A stretch of DNA of 64,000 nucleotides, taken from assembly GCA_965205505.1 (NCBI GenBank), contig CBDBHB010000008.1:1248001-1312000 (forward strand), in the 5' to 3' direction. Made by a program: the position numbers and the translations under genes. The notes under the pieces were generated by a model. That model worked only from the letters and a program-made list of their open reading frames with translations. It had not been told where the DNA came from and made no database searches. This DNA comes from Acidobacteriota bacterium. GTDB taxonomy: Bacteria; Acidobacteriota; UBA890; WLXD01. This document shows, one piece after another, positions 29,524 through 40,041 of the stretch; position 1 is the first letter of the stretch, and each line of letters starts with the position of its first letter.

Positions 29524-30306
29524 CTAGACGAAAGCCACGACGCGGCAGAATGCCGCCTCGCCTCCCCGAAACTTCCAAGGGAAACAGCCCAACGTCAGCC
29601 GGCGGTCATGTAGCTCGGGGTTGGCAATGTCGGCACCGAGGTTCTCGATGTGCATGCAGTTCGACGGAAACAACTCATTGTGCGTGAGCTGGTAGTCGGA
29701 CTCGGGGAACAGCTCTGCGACTCCTTCTGGACCACCGAACTTGTCCTCGCAGGCTTTCCGCACACGGTCGCAATGATTGAACATCCCCTTACCCAGGAAG
29801 CGCCCTATGGGGAGGTTCATGGGGTGATCGGTTGAGATCGCGTCGACACCCCAAATGTGGATCTTCTTGTCCAACAGCCAGGGAACGAGGTCGGGATGGG
29901 CGCCTGGGTGACGATGGATGTACTTCTCCTCGTCAGGCTCGGAACCGAACTGCGCGTGCTTTTCCCAGCCGGTATGCAGCAGCAGCATGTCGCCCTCACG
30001 CACCTCCACGTGCGACTCGATCATCTCGGGCGTGTACACGGCAAACTCATCGAGCTCGTCGGCCAGGTTAACGATCACCCCAGGCCCGTACAGCCAGTCC
30101 ATCGGGATCTCGTCGATCGTCATACCGCCGGTCACGAAGTGCCGCGGGGCGTCCAGGTGGGTCCCCATGTGGTTCGAGGTCTGGATGTACTGCGCGTTCA
30201 CACCATGCTCGGCCTTACGCTTGATGTACTTGACCTCGAACGGAGGGTAGTAAGGCCAGAAGGAAACCTCCTGGTTGAGCGGCTGCGAAAGATCGTAGGG
30301 CTTCAT
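29524..30306 (-). CDS. Cyclase family metal-dependent hydrolase (KynB-like)
   Basis: HMGTHLDAP motif, GVDAISTD, HIENL. Confidence 0.88.
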   Translation of the reverse strand: MKPYDLSQPLNQEVSFWPYYPPFEVKYIKRKAEHGVNAQYIQTSNHMGTHLDAPRHFVTGGMTIDEIPMDWLYGPGVIVNLADELDEFAVYTPEMIESHVEVREGDMLLLHTGWEKHAQFGSEPDEEKYIHRHPGAHPDLVPWLLDKKIHIWGVDAISTDHPMNLPIGRFLGKGMFNHCDRVRKACEDKFGGPEGVAELFPESDYQLTHNELFPSNCMHIENLGADIANPELHDRRLTLGCFPWKFRGGEAAFCRVVAFV

Positions 30307-30363
30307 CGTTACTCCGGTTCCTACTCCGCTTCCGTTATTTCCCGGCGAGGATCGTACCAGGAG

Positions 30364-31875
30364 CTACTGACGTTCGTTCCCATGTGGCTCGACTGCCTGA
30401 GAGCTCAGCAGCGACCGCATCAGCGCCCAGTAGACGACAGCGCTGACTGTGGCGGCGGAAAACCAGGCGGCATCGAAGAGAAACGAAGCTGCCGGGAGGA
30501 GCTTGCCCAGCAGCGCCGTGCCGATCCCGGCCGCCAGCGCCACCATGGCGCGGCCGTTGATCCCGTTGCCATACGTGTACTCGCCGCGTTCGGCGTAAAG
30601 ATCCTCCACTCGCAGCCGCAGCCCGCGCAGCAGGTAGTCGCACGCAATCACGCCGCCCACCGCTCCCAGCAGCCCGGAGTAGCTGATGAGCCACCCTTGA
30701 TATCGGTCGAGCAGCTGCCACGGCATGCTGACAACTGCGAGCAGCCCGGCAATCAAGCCGCCGGTGCGAAAGCTGATCCGCCGTGGCGCCAGTGCCGAGA
30801 AACTATTGGCGGGGGCCACGACGTTGGCGGCGATGTTGGTGCTCAATGTGGCGAGCATCAGCGCTCCCATCGCCAGCAAGCCCGATAGCGGGCTCTGATA
30901 CTCGTTCGTCAGCCGTGCCAGCAAGTCGACGGGGTTCCAGATTGCCTCGCCGTACAGAATCACCGTGGCGCTGGTCACCGCCACGCCAATGAAGGCAAAC
31001 AGCGGCATCGTGGTCAACAGGCCGATTGCCTGGCCCGAGATCTGATCGCGCTGGCTGCGCGCGTAGCGCGTGAAGTCGGGAATGTTGAGCGACAAGGTGG
31101 CCCAGTAGCCCACCATCGCGGTGAGCCACGGCATGAAGAAACCGAAGAACCAGCGCAACGGTGGCAGCGGCTCGGCATCGGATACCAGCGAGTCTGTACG
31201 CGCCAGGATGGCTCCGATGCCGCCGACCCGCGCTGCCGCCCAGTAAAGGAGGGCCACGCCGACAACGATCAGGAACGGTGCGGTCACCGTTTCGAGCCAG
31301 CGAATCGACTCTGTTCCGGCGTAGACGAAGTACATGTTGAGCGCCCAGAAGAGCAGGAACGAGACATATTCGGGCGCGCCGTATCCCATGAACGCGAAGC
31401 CGGCGCCAAGCTTCGCCCAGCCGTCCCAGAGAATCGACAGGATGGCATTGATGGCGGTGCCGCCGATCCACGTCTGGATGCCAAACCAACCGCAGGCGAC
31501 CACAGCGCGAAGCAAGGAGGGCACGTGCGCGCCCCGAATCCCGAACGCGGCGCGCGCGAAAGCCGGGAACGGGATTCCGTAACGGGTGCCGGCGTGACCG
31601 TTGAGCGCCAGCGGCACCAGCACGATGGCGTTTCCAAGCAGGATGGTGAGCAGTGCCAGGCGCCAACCCATACCGGCTTGCACCATGCTGGATGCCAGCA
31701 TGTAGGTAGGGATACAAACGCTCATCCCGACCCACAGCGCCGCCAGGTTCCAGCGGCTCCAGGTACGAGCGGATAGGGGCGTTGGGGCGATATCGGCGTT
31801 GAGCAGCTCGGAGGTCGGAAGCGGCGCCGCCAGCTCCACCGGCGGGTCGTCGAGTAGTGCGCGTAGCCAATTCAC
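30364..31875 (-). CDS. NCS1 nucleobase:cation symporter-1
   Basis: GTRYGIPFP, WFGIQTW, LNIPDFTRY, NIAANVV. Confidence 0.92.
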   Translation of the reverse strand: MNWLRALLDDPPVELAAPLPTSELLNADIAPTPLSARTWSRWNLAALWVGMSVCIPTYMLASSMVQAGMGWRLALLTILLGNAIVLVPLALNGHAGTRYGIPFPAFARAAFGIRGAHVPSLLRAVVACGWFGIQTWIGGTAINAILSILWDGWAKLGAGFAFMGYGAPEYVSFLLFWALNMYFVYAGTESIRWLETVTAPFLIVVGVALLYWAAARVGGIGAILARTDSLVSDAEPLPPLRWFFGFFMPWLTAMVGYWATLSLNIPDFTRYARSQRDQISGQAIGLLTTMPLFAFIGVAVTSATVILYGEAIWNPVDLLARLTNEYQSPLSGLLAMGALMLATLSTNIAANVVAPANSFSALAPRRISFRTGGLIAGLLAVVSMPWQLLDRYQGWLISYSGLLGAVGGVIACDYLLRGLRLRVEDLYAERGEYTYGNGINGRAMVALAAGIGTALLGKLLPAASFLFDAAWFSAATVSAVVYWALMRSLLSSQAVEPHGNERQ

Positions 31876-32765
31876 CCCGCCGCGCCGCCGGCCAACGCCC
31901 GAGCGCCGGCGCTGTGAACGACACGCCGTACCAGCACGCGTACCAGATGGCGCCGGAACTCGGCGCTGGCATGCAGATCCGCGGGCGGGTCGATGTCGGC
32001 TTCCGCGGCGAGCTCCGCCGCCTCGACCACCAGCGCCTCGGACAGCTCCTCGCCGATCAGCACGCCAGCGGCGGCCTCGGCCAGGACCGGGCCCTCGCCC
32101 ACCGACAGAAGGCCGATCCGCGCGTCGGTACAGCGCCCATCGTCGGCCAGGGTCACCCCGACGGCAACACCGACCAGTGCATAGTCACCATGCCGCCGGG
32201 CCATCTCGTCGAACGCCCAGCCCGTGCGGCACGCCGGGGTGGGCAGGATGATCTCTGTCAGCACCTCGCCGGGCTCCAGGGCGGTGGTCAGCAGGCCGAA
32301 GAAGAAATCTCCGGCCGCGATGGTGCGCTCACCGCCGTCGCGGCTGCGAGCGCGAAGTGTGGCGTCGAGTACCAAGGCCACCGTAGGCAACTCGCCGGCC
32401 GGATCGGCATGAGCGATGCTCCCGCCAAAGGTGCCCCGATTGCGGATCTGCGGATGGGCAATGTGCGGCATGGTCTCGTGCAGTAACGGTGCGCGTTCGG
32501 CAACCAGCGCATCGCTCTCCACCACCGCCTGACGAGTCATCGCGCCGATGCGGAGCCCTCCGTCGTCGGTCGCCTCCACGTAGGCGAGCTCGGAGAGCCT
32601 GTTCAGATCCACCAGGATCGTCGGTTGTGCCAAGCGGAAGTTCATCGCCGGGATCAAGCTCTGGCCACCCGCCAGTATCTTCGCCTCCCATGGATCCTCG
32701 GCAAGGATGTCGAGCGCCTCGTCGAGCGTCTCGGGCGCGTGGTAGCGGAAGGGGGCGGGCTTCAT
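31872..32765 (-). CDS. Molybdenum hydroxylase FAD subunit (CoxM/XdhB-like)
   Basis: MKPAPFRY, AGGQSL, IRNRGTFGGSIAHADP. Confidence 0.9.
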   Translation of the reverse strand: MKPAPFRYHAPETLDEALDILAEDPWEAKILAGGQSLIPAMNFRLAQPTILVDLNRLSELAYVEATDDGGLRIGAMTRQAVVESDALVAERAPLLHETMPHIAHPQIRNRGTFGGSIAHADPAGELPTVALVLDATLRARSRDGGERTIAAGDFFFGLLTTALEPGEVLTEIILPTPACRTGWAFDEMARRHGDYALVGVAVGVTLADDGRCTDARIGLLSVGEGPVLAEAAAGVLIGEELSEALVVEAAELAAEADIDPPADLHASAEFRRHLVRVLVRRVVHSAGARALAGGAAG

Positions 32766-32796
32766 CGCGATCCGCCTGGGCTCACCGTTGCCTGGG

Positions 32797-35142
32797 TCAT
32801 GACTCGCCACCGCGGGCGTCACGCACCAGCTCGAACAATCGATTGGGGCTGAGCGGGATCTCGCGAATTTCCAGCCCGTCGATTCCCAAGGCGTCCTCCA
32901 CCGCTTGCGCAAACGCCGCCGCCGTCGGTATGCAGCCCGCCTCACCAGCCCCCTTCACGCCCAGCGGCGTGTCGGTGGCCGGTGTTTCGATGTGATCGAT
33001 GCGAACCTTGGGCACGTCGGTGGCGGTGGGAAGTAAGTAATCCATGAGCGACGCGTTCAGCAGCTGCCCGTTAACGTCGACCACCAACTGCTCGTAGAAG
33101 GCATTGCCGATTCCCTGCGCCACGCCGCCCTGGATCTGACCATCGAGAATCATCGGGTTGATGACGCGCCCGCAGTCGTGGACCACGACGTAGTCGATGA
33201 CATCGACGTCAAACGTCTCGGGATCGACCTTCACTCGCATGGCGTGGACTCCACTTGCGGTCGTTCCGCGGTTTGGCCCGAAGTACGCGGTCGCCTCCAG
33301 CCCCGGCTCGGTGCCCGGCGCGACCGCGCCGCGCAACGGATTCGACGCCAGCGCCAGATCACCAAGTGAGATACGGTGCTTCGGGTCGCCCTCGACGCGA
33401 ACCTCGCCGCCCTCGAGCACGAGGCGCTCTTCGGGGGCTTCAAGCAACTCGGCAGCGAGCCGCAGGATCTTGGCGCGCACCTGCTGAGCCGCCGCATGAC
33501 AGGCGTTGCCGGCAACCACCGCTCCGCGACTGGCGAAGGTCCCGGTCCCCCAGTTGAACTCGCGCGTGTCACCGGTAACCACACTGATGTCGACCACGTC
33601 GGCGCCAACCTGATCGGCGACGATCTGCGCCAGCGAGGTGTAATGACCCTGCCCCTGCGTGCCGACACCGGTAGCCACATGCACCTTCCCACTCGACTCG
33701 ACCGACACACGGGCACCCTCGTAGGGGCCTATGCCGGTGCCCTCTACGTAGGAGACGACGCCGATACCGACATGCCGTCCCGACTGACGTAGCCTGTGTT
33801 GTTCGGCCTCGAATTCCTGGTAGCCGATCAATTCGACGGCGCGATCGAGGGCCGGCTCGTAGTTGCCGCTGTCGTAGGTCAGCGAAGAGAAGTCCTGGTA
33901 AACGAGACCGTGGTCGTGCGGGAAGTCGTCTGGCCCCAGGTAGTTGAGTCGCCGGATCTCGACACGATCGATTCCGAGCTCACCGGCCGCTATGTCGAGC
34001 AGGCGCTCCATCACGAACACACCGTGCTGCCGGCCGGCGCCGCGCACCGGCGTCACGATGGGGCGGTTGGTGAACACGACACGAAATTCGGAGTGGTAGT
34101 TGGGTACGTCGTAGCACCCCAACAACGTGCATTGGCTGTTTATGGGAATGGTCAGTCCGTACGGATCGTAGGCGCCGGTGTCGTGCAGGAACTCGTCGCG
34201 AATACCGAGGATACGCCCGTCGGAGGCGAGCGCCATTTCCGCCTCGTGAACTTGCGCACGCTCCTGTGTGGTGGCGTAGAAGTTCTCGCTACGATCCTCG
34301 ATCCACTTCACCGGACGACCGAGCTGCATCGAGATCCATGGGATCAGCACCTCCTCCGGGTAAAACATCATGATCTTCGGACCAAACGCTCCACCAATGA
34401 ACGGCGCCACCACGTCGACCTCACGCTCCGCCAACCCCAGCCATCGGGCGAGTCCGTTGCGCACCGGAATCGGCGCCTGTGTGGTATCCCAGATCATCAT
34501 CTTGTGAGCCCGTGCGTCCCAGCTCGCCACCACGCCGCGGTTCTCGATGGCGGCAGCGGCCCCGCGGTCGTAGTCGAAGCGGCGGCGTATGACGAGATCC
34601 GCGGACTCGCAGGCCGCTGCGTAGTCGCCTTTCGTCTGCACGCAGTGTGCCGCGAGGTTCGACCCGAGGTCCTCGTGCACAATGGCCGGCTCGCCACGCA
34701 ACGACGCCTCGAGGTCGACGACCGCCGGTAGCGGATCCAGATCGACGGCGATGTCCGCCAGCGCGTCTTCCGCCAGATAGCGGCTGTCGGCCACCACCAG
34801 GGCGATCGGCTCGCCCGCGTGCAGCACCTTGTCGCGCACCAGGGGCACCTGGGTACGCTCGTGGAAGACCAGGCCGTCGATCGGCGGCGGCCCCACCAGC
34901 AGCGGGCCATGCTGCCAGTAGTCTCCCAGGTCGACGGCAGCGTATGCCGCCACCACCCCCGGACGACGACGAACGCGTGACAGATCCACGTTATTGAGGC
35001 GAGCGTGCGCATAGTCGCTGCGGACAAAGGCAACGTGCAGCGTACCCGCGAGATCGATGTCGTCGATGAACTGCGCTGCGCCCGTGAGAAGGCTGGCGTC
35101 CTCGTTGCGCGGCAGCCGCCGCCCGAAGAAACGACCGCTCAC
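32797..35142 (-). CDS. Molybdenum hydroxylase large (Moco) subunit (CoxL/XdhA-like)
   Basis: GGAFG, VRGAGR active-site loop, GQGH, GTFASR, GQIQGG, KGAGE; GTG start inferred. Confidence 0.9.
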   Translation of the reverse strand: MSGRFFGRRLPRNEDASLLTGAAQFIDDIDLAGTLHVAFVRSDYAHARLNNVDLSRVRRRPGVVAAYAAVDLGDYWQHGPLLVGPPPIDGLVFHERTQVPLVRDKVLHAGEPIALVVADSRYLAEDALADIAVDLDPLPAVVDLEASLRGEPAIVHEDLGSNLAAHCVQTKGDYAAACESADLVIRRRFDYDRGAAAAIENRGVVASWDARAHKMMIWDTTQAPIPVRNGLARWLGLAEREVDVVAPFIGGAFGPKIMMFYPEEVLIPWISMQLGRPVKWIEDRSENFYATTQERAQVHEAEMALASDGRILGIRDEFLHDTGAYDPYGLTIPINSQCTLLGCYDVPNYHSEFRVVFTNRPIVTPVRGAGRQHGVFVMERLLDIAAGELGIDRVEIRRLNYLGPDDFPHDHGLVYQDFSSLTYDSGNYEPALDRAVELIGYQEFEAEQHRLRQSGRHVGIGVVSYVEGTGIGPYEGARVSVESSGKVHVATGVGTQGQGHYTSLAQIVADQVGADVVDISVVTGDTREFNWGTGTFASRGAVVAGNACHAAAQQVRAKILRLAAELLEAPEERLVLEGGEVRVEGDPKHRISLGDLALASNPLRGAVAPGTEPGLEATAYFGPNRGTTASGVHAMRVKVDPETFDVDVIDYVVVHDCGRVINPMILDGQIQGGVAQGIGNAFYEQLVVDVNGQLLNASLMDYLLPTATDVPKVRIDHIETPATDTPLGVKGAGEAGCIPTAAAFAQAVEDALGIDGLEIREIPLSPNRLFELVRDARGGES

Positions 35143-35660
35143 ACCTCCAACTCCCCATCGTCGGCGTGCATGCGGCGGGCCGCCAACGCCACCGCGTCGA
35201 CGATGTGCTGGTAGCCGGTGCAGCGGCAGAGGTTGCCCGACAGCGCGGCGCGGATGGCTTCCTCGGAAGGCTGCGCGTTGGCCTCGACGAACGGCAGCAG
35301 GGTCATCAGGAACCCTGGCGTGCAGAACCCACACTGCAGCGCGTGGGTGTCCCTGAACGCGGCCTGAAGTGGATGCAGCTCCTCGGCACCGGCGGGTGCG
35401 AGCGCTTCGACGGTTCTGAGCTCGAGGCCATCGGCCTGCACTGCGAACATCAGGCAGGAACGCACCGGAGCGCCGTCGACCAACACGGTGCAAGCGCCGC
35501 ACACGCCGTGCTCACATCCGACGTGGGTGCCCGTAAGGCACAGGTCGCCGCGAATAAAGTCCGATAGCAACAGCCGCGGCTCCACTACCCCGGTCACCTC
35601 GCGGCCATTTACCCGCAGCCGGACGTCCACTGTCTGGGGACTGGATCCTGCTTCGCTCAC
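35139..35660 (-). CDS. Molybdenum hydroxylase 2Fe-2S subunit (CoxS-like)
   Basis: GCEHGVCGACT, QCGFCTPG, NLCRCTGY. Confidence 0.93.
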   Translation of the reverse strand: MSEAGSSPQTVDVRLRVNGREVTGVVEPRLLLSDFIRGDLCLTGTHVGCEHGVCGACTVLVDGAPVRSCLMFAVQADGLELRTVEALAPAGAEELHPLQAAFRDTHALQCGFCTPGFLMTLLPFVEANAQPSEEAIRAALSGNLCRCTGYQHIVDAVALAARRMHADDGELEV

Positions 35661-35669
35661 GACCGCTAA

Positions 35670-36644
35670 CTATGCCTCCAGGCTGGGCGTTGATCGAGGC
35701 AAGCTGTGGCGATCGTGTGGCGCCTCGAAATCGAGGGTCGGCCCCCTCGGTACGATCCCCGTCGGATTGATCGAATCGTGCGTGACGTAGTAGTGGCGCT
35801 TGATGTGGTCGAAGTTGACCGTCTCGGCGACGCCATCGAACTGGTAGAGCTCGCGGACGTAGGGCCAGAGGTGTGGGTAGTCCACCAACGCCCGCAGGTT
35901 GCACTTGAGATGCCCCACGTAAACAGCGTCGAAGCGAACGCATGTGGTGAACAGCCTCCAATCGGCCTCGGTGATGCGGTCGCCGCAGAGATAACGCTGA
36001 TGGGAGAGTCGCTCGTCGAGCCAGTCGAGGGAGTCGAACAGCACCGCCACGGCCTCGTCGTAGGCGGCCTGGAAGGTGGCGAATCCGGCACGGTAGACGC
36101 CGTTGTTGACGCACCGACAAACGTGCTCGTTGACGGCGTCGATCTGCGCTCGTAGCTCCGCCGGATAGAAGTCGACGCTGGCGTCGCCGAACGCATCGAA
36201 CTCCGAGTTGAGCATGCGAATGATCTCGGACGACTCGTTGTTGACGATGACGCCGGCCTCCTTGTCCCACAGTACCGGAACGGTGACCCGACCATCGAAG
36301 TCGCTATCCGTACGCCGGTACGCCTCCGACAGGAACCCGAACCCGTTGATCGGGTCGGGCCCACAGCCCTCGGCGTCGCTGAACGTCCAGCCACGATGGT
36401 CGCGAATCGGGTCGACGACGGTCATGCCGATGGCGTCCTCGAGTCGCTTCAACTTGCGGAAGATGATCGTGCGGTGGGCCCAGGGGCAGGCCGCCGAAAC
36501 GTAGAGGTGGTAGCGCCCGGCGGCGGCCGCGAAGCCGGAGGATCCATCGGCGGTTACATGGCCTCGGAAGGCGCTCGCCTGGCGCACGAACTCGCCGTGA
36601 GCGGCGGTTTCTCGTGGGACCTGAGCATTCGCTCGTTCGTTCAA
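35670..36644 (-). CDS. Glutathionyl-hydroquinone reductase (GST Xi/YqjG family)
   Basis: CPWAHR, TVPVLWD, NNESSEI, NNGVYRAGFA, HIKRHYY. Confidence 0.9.
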   Translation of the reverse strand: MNERANAQVPRETAAHGEFVRQASAFRGHVTADGSSGFAAAAGRYHLYVSAACPWAHRTIIFRKLKRLEDAIGMTVVDPIRDHRGWTFSDAEGCGPDPINGFGFLSEAYRRTDSDFDGRVTVPVLWDKEAGVIVNNESSEIIRMLNSEFDAFGDASVDFYPAELRAQIDAVNEHVCRCVNNGVYRAGFATFQAAYDEAVAVLFDSLDWLDERLSHQRYLCGDRITEADWRLFTTCVRFDAVYVGHLKCNLRALVDYPHLWPYVRELYQFDGVAETVNFDHIKRHYYVTHDSINPTGIVPRGPTLDFEAPHDRHSLPRSTPSLEA

Positions 36645-36671
36645 CGGGCTCTTCCCATGCTGTTTTCTCGG

Positions 36672-37129
36672 CTAGTGGCCTGTAACAGATGATCGTTGCA
36701 TATCGTGGTGGCGAAATGGGTCCGGATGCCAGGCGCGACGACGAGACGATGTTTGCCCATCTTGGAGGAGGAGCAACGCCGCAGACGGGCCGATTTCGCC
36801 GCCATCCTCCGGACAGATGGGCAGTTGCGGGCGATATCGGCGTTGCGCCTCGTCGACGATGCCCCAGCAGGTCGTGGTGGAAGTGTGATGGGTCTGGTTA
36901 CGCCGCCAAGGGCGCAGATCCAAGGCGCCGCGTCGCCGGCGATGCCCGTGCGCATCGTCTAGGAGCGGCAACGCCGGAGACGCGCCCTTGGCGGCGTAAC
37001 CCGTAGGGTAAGTGCCAGACCCACCACACTTCCATCACGGCCTGCTAGCATCGCCTTCCTCGCCGCGCCTTGATCTCACCCGCAAATCCCATCTGCGATA
37101 TGCAACGATCATCTGTTACAGGCCACTAG
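36672..37129. repeat. Family A MITE carrying a nested family C element
   Basis: Family A TIRs at both ends, inverted relative to 3314; internal segment ~36866-37048 bounded by family C ends. Confidence 0.85.
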
Positions 37130-37331
37130 TGCAATTGCTCTGGCAACGAAGGCTTCCGTATCCGTTACGTCCAAGCCAACTGCGGACGGGCTTGCCGTCC
37201 GCTATCGAGCATCACGACTCTGGCCTTGTCGCAGTTTGCCCCACAACGGCCTGGGAATCCTCCTTCACGATCAAGACCGGCTTGAGGCGGCCGAGCAGCA
37301 TTTCTTACGAGCCCAGACGCTTCAGCGCTAA
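37130..37331 (+). pseudogene. TPR-protein remnant
   Basis: One frame reads HNGLGILLHDQDRLEAAEQHFLRAQTLQR*, a TPR-like helix pair; 5' part lost at the MITE. Confidence 0.4.
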
Positions 37332-37557
37332 TATGGACAAGGGTGAGACCGCATTGCCGTAGCGCGGCGAACGGGCGCATCGACATGAAGCCCAGGCGGC
37401 CAGGCGCAAGCTGAAGCGAGCTGCGGGGAAGACGCTTCGAAAGAGCGGCGTGAACAAGGACGCTGAGAGCAGTTGAGGCGATGAGGAGCCGACGCGGCGC
37501 TGCCGACTTCGCCCGACAGAAGGCCGTCAATCACCAACCCCCTACGGAGGTAGCAAC

Positions 37558-37686
37558 ATGGACATGCCGATGATGGCTGCGATGGGACTGTTCCCGCTGG
37601 TGTTCGGGCTGATTCTGGCTCGGCCTGATCATCTACCTAATTGGCCTTGCAACGCGCCTCGTCAGCGCCGTCGAACGGATAGCTGA
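37558..37686 (+). pseudogene. Small membrane protein, probably frameshifted near 37621
   Basis: GGAGG RBS then MDMPMMAAMGLFPLVFGLIL; hydrophobic helix continues in +1 frame as GLIIYLIGLATRLVSAVERIAD. Confidence 0.4.
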
Positions 37687-37777
37687 CAACGTTTCGCGGA
37701 CAGACCGGCCTGTAGGTTACCGATCCGTTTCCGGTCGGCGCGCTGAGGTAGATGTGATGCGAATACCGTTTCGTAAT

Positions 37778-38431
37778 TCACGAAACACCCCGCAACCGCA
37801 GTCCGGACCGCGCGAAAGGAAGCACGCCGGCCGTCAGGCCGACGGCGAACATCCCCGCCGGGAAGCTCTGTGGAGTCGTTCCCTCGGCGACGACGCGCCA
37901 GTTCCAGCAGAAGGCGACGATGATGGTCAGCGCTCCGGCGCAGGCGACGGCCCACTCGGCGCGCATCAGGCCCACTGTATCTCCTCGCGCGCGGATACGC
38001 TCGTGCACTCCGAACCCGGTGATGAGGAACACTGACACCAGCATCGGGTAGATGACCGGCCCGAGCCACGGCACCGGAATCAAGAACAGCACGTCCCAGG
38101 TGAACAGCGACGGCGGCCAGCCGAGGAGGAGCCACAGGCCCAGGTAGTAGACGATATCCCAGACGCCGAACAGGAAGGCAAAGACGAAGAAACGATCCAG
38201 GCGGTCGCGGCCGGCAACGATAGCGACGGCGAACAGCATCAGCAGGGTGGTGAGCTCGCGCAGCATCTCGACCGCCAAGATGTGGTCGGGAATGACGACG
38301 ATCGGGAAGCGGAAGCCGTCGGGGTAGTAAAGCTCGCGCAGATACACCACCACCGCAGCCTCGAGAAAGCCGAAGGCTCCGCCAAACAGAGTCAGCCAGG
38401 CGGCGCGGCGCAGCGTGAAACATGCCGACAC
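37778..38431 (-). CDS. Conserved-looking hypothetical membrane protein
   Basis: FGFLEAAVVVYLRELYYP, FGVWDIVYY, WDVLFLIPVPW; GTG start after GGAG. Confidence 0.7.
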   Translation of the reverse strand: MSACFTLRRAAWLTLFGGAFGFLEAAVVVYLRELYYPDGFRFPIVVIPDHILAVEMLRELTTLLMLFAVAIVAGRDRLDRFFVFAFLFGVWDIVYYLGLWLLLGWPPSLFTWDVLFLIPVPWLGPVIYPMLVSVFLITGFGVHERIRARGDTVGLMRAEWAVACAGALTIIVAFCWNWRVVAEGTTPQSFPAGMFAVGLTAGVLPFARSGLRLRGVS

Positions 38432-38519
38432 CGCTCCCGCCGTCCGCGCAACGATCACCGCGGTTCTGCATCGGACCACCTCCGACTGGTTACTTCTTGA
38501 TGATAACCGCAGGTACCCC

Positions 38520-38688
38520 CTAGCAGGCCGTGGTGAAGGTGTGGTGGATCTGGTTACAGCGAGTTGGGGCCAGATGCAAGGCGCCCTGACACATGCGATG
38601 GCGTAACCATCGCCTCCTCCTCTCTCCTTGCCTCCACTTCGCAAGACCCTGTCGCCAGACCCACCACACTTCCACCACGGCCTGCCAG
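38520..38688. repeat. MITE-like element, family C
   Basis: TIRs ctagcaggccgtggtgaaggtgtggtggatctgg / ccagacccaccacacttccaccacggcctgccag. Confidence 0.8.
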
Positions 38689-38693
38689 ACCTT

Positions 38694-39983
38694 TCAAGTA
38701 GTCTCGATCTGGTGCTGCGCCGCGTCGCGCAGAGGGATTCGCTCGCTGAGCTGGGAGGCAACGGTTTGCCAGCTCCAGCGCCGCACGGCCACATCTCGGG
38801 CAGCCTGCCGCAGCTCACGCTGCCGCGCCGCGGAGAGCCCCAGCACCGATGCGAGCGTCCTTACCAGATCGACCGCGTTGTCGTTTTCGAACGCGGTCAT
38901 CGACGCGGCCCAGTCCGGGTACGCGACCTCCAGCGACTCCGCGACGCTCGCCAGACCCGAGTGCCGCGCAACGATGGACGGCACGCCGCTCGCGGCCGCC
39001 TCGGCGGCAACCATCCCGAACGCTTCCGGGAAGATCGACGGGACGACCCCGACGTCGCAGAGCGGCCACAGCCTCGCAATGTGGCGATGCTCGAGCGCGC
39101 CAGTGAAGAGGACGTCGAGGCCTGCAGCCTGCTCTTCGAGCGCGGCCCGCGAATCGCCGAACCCGACGATCACCGCTCGCGCGTCGAGCTCCCGCAGGGC
39201 ATCGAGCAGCACGTGGACGCCTTTTTCCGAGCTGAGCTTGCCGACGTAGCCGATCGTCGGTTTCTCCTCGGCGAAGAACGCACGAAACCGCTCGGCGTTG
39301 CCCGGATCGGGCAGGCGCTCCGGATCGGCGCCGGTCGGAGCCGCCTCCTGCTCCGACTCGGAAACCAGCTCCGACAGAGCCTCGTCCCGTCGCCGAGGAC
39401 GGAAGAGCTCGACGTCGACACCTGGCGGGACCTCTCGCACGCCGCCGAGGTACGGACCGGGACCAAGCGTCTCGACGAGCGCCCGACGCACGTGCTCGCT
39501 ACCGACATAGACCTCGCGAGCTCCGGCCAGCGATATCCTGGCCCAGCGCTGCAGTTCCGCATTGCCGCGAATCGCGTACTCGAGCTCGCTCCCGTGCACC
39601 TTGACCGCGAATGGCTCGCCGAATTCCGCGCCGACCGCCGCGCCGAGCAGCACGTGATTGGTCAGGGTGTAATCAACCGGTAGGAACTCGCGCATGGCGG
39701 TGGCGTTGGCCTGGACGACCCTCTGGCGCTCAGCCCAGGTCGTCTCACCGAGCAGCTTGACCTCGAACCCCTCGTAGTTGTCGCGTACGAAGACCGGCAG
39801 CACCGGGCCGATGTCCGCACGGATGACCCGTGCGGTCCCGACATCGTGCTCTTCTGGCCTCGGGTCCTGGCATACGACGACAACGTCGTGGCCGAGGCCC
39901 GACCAAGTGCGGGCGAGGGACCGCGTGTAGACGTTGGAGCCCGTCCCGCCGAGGAGGTAGCCGTGCCAGATGAGGATGCGCAT
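38694..39983 (-). CDS. GT4-family glycosyltransferase
   Basis: HGYLLGGTGSNVY, YVGKLSSEKG, PSIFPEAFGMVAAEAAASG. Confidence 0.88.
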   Translation of the reverse strand: MRILIWHGYLLGGTGSNVYTRSLARTWSGLGHDVVVVCQDPRPEEHDVGTARVIRADIGPVLPVFVRDNYEGFEVKLLGETTWAERQRVVQANATAMREFLPVDYTLTNHVLLGAAVGAEFGEPFAVKVHGSELEYAIRGNAELQRWARISLAGAREVYVGSEHVRRALVETLGPGPYLGGVREVPPGVDVELFRPRRRDEALSELVSESEQEAAPTGADPERLPDPGNAERFRAFFAEEKPTIGYVGKLSSEKGVHVLLDALRELDARAVIVGFGDSRAALEEQAAGLDVLFTGALEHRHIARLWPLCDVGVVPSIFPEAFGMVAAEAAASGVPSIVARHSGLASVAESLEVAYPDWAASMTAFENDNAVDLVRTLASVLGLSAARQRELRQAARDVAVRRWSWQTVASQLSERIPLRDAAQHQIETT

Positions 39984-40041
39984 CAGGATATCCTGCCGCC
40001 ACTGTAGTGCGGACCAAACTATTTGGGATCGGAGCATCACG

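Noticed and set aside
32797-35142. Aerobic CO dehydrogenase
   Set aside because: Active-site loop is VRGAGR, not form I AYxCSFR; gene order is S-L-M and the context is nucleobase transporters
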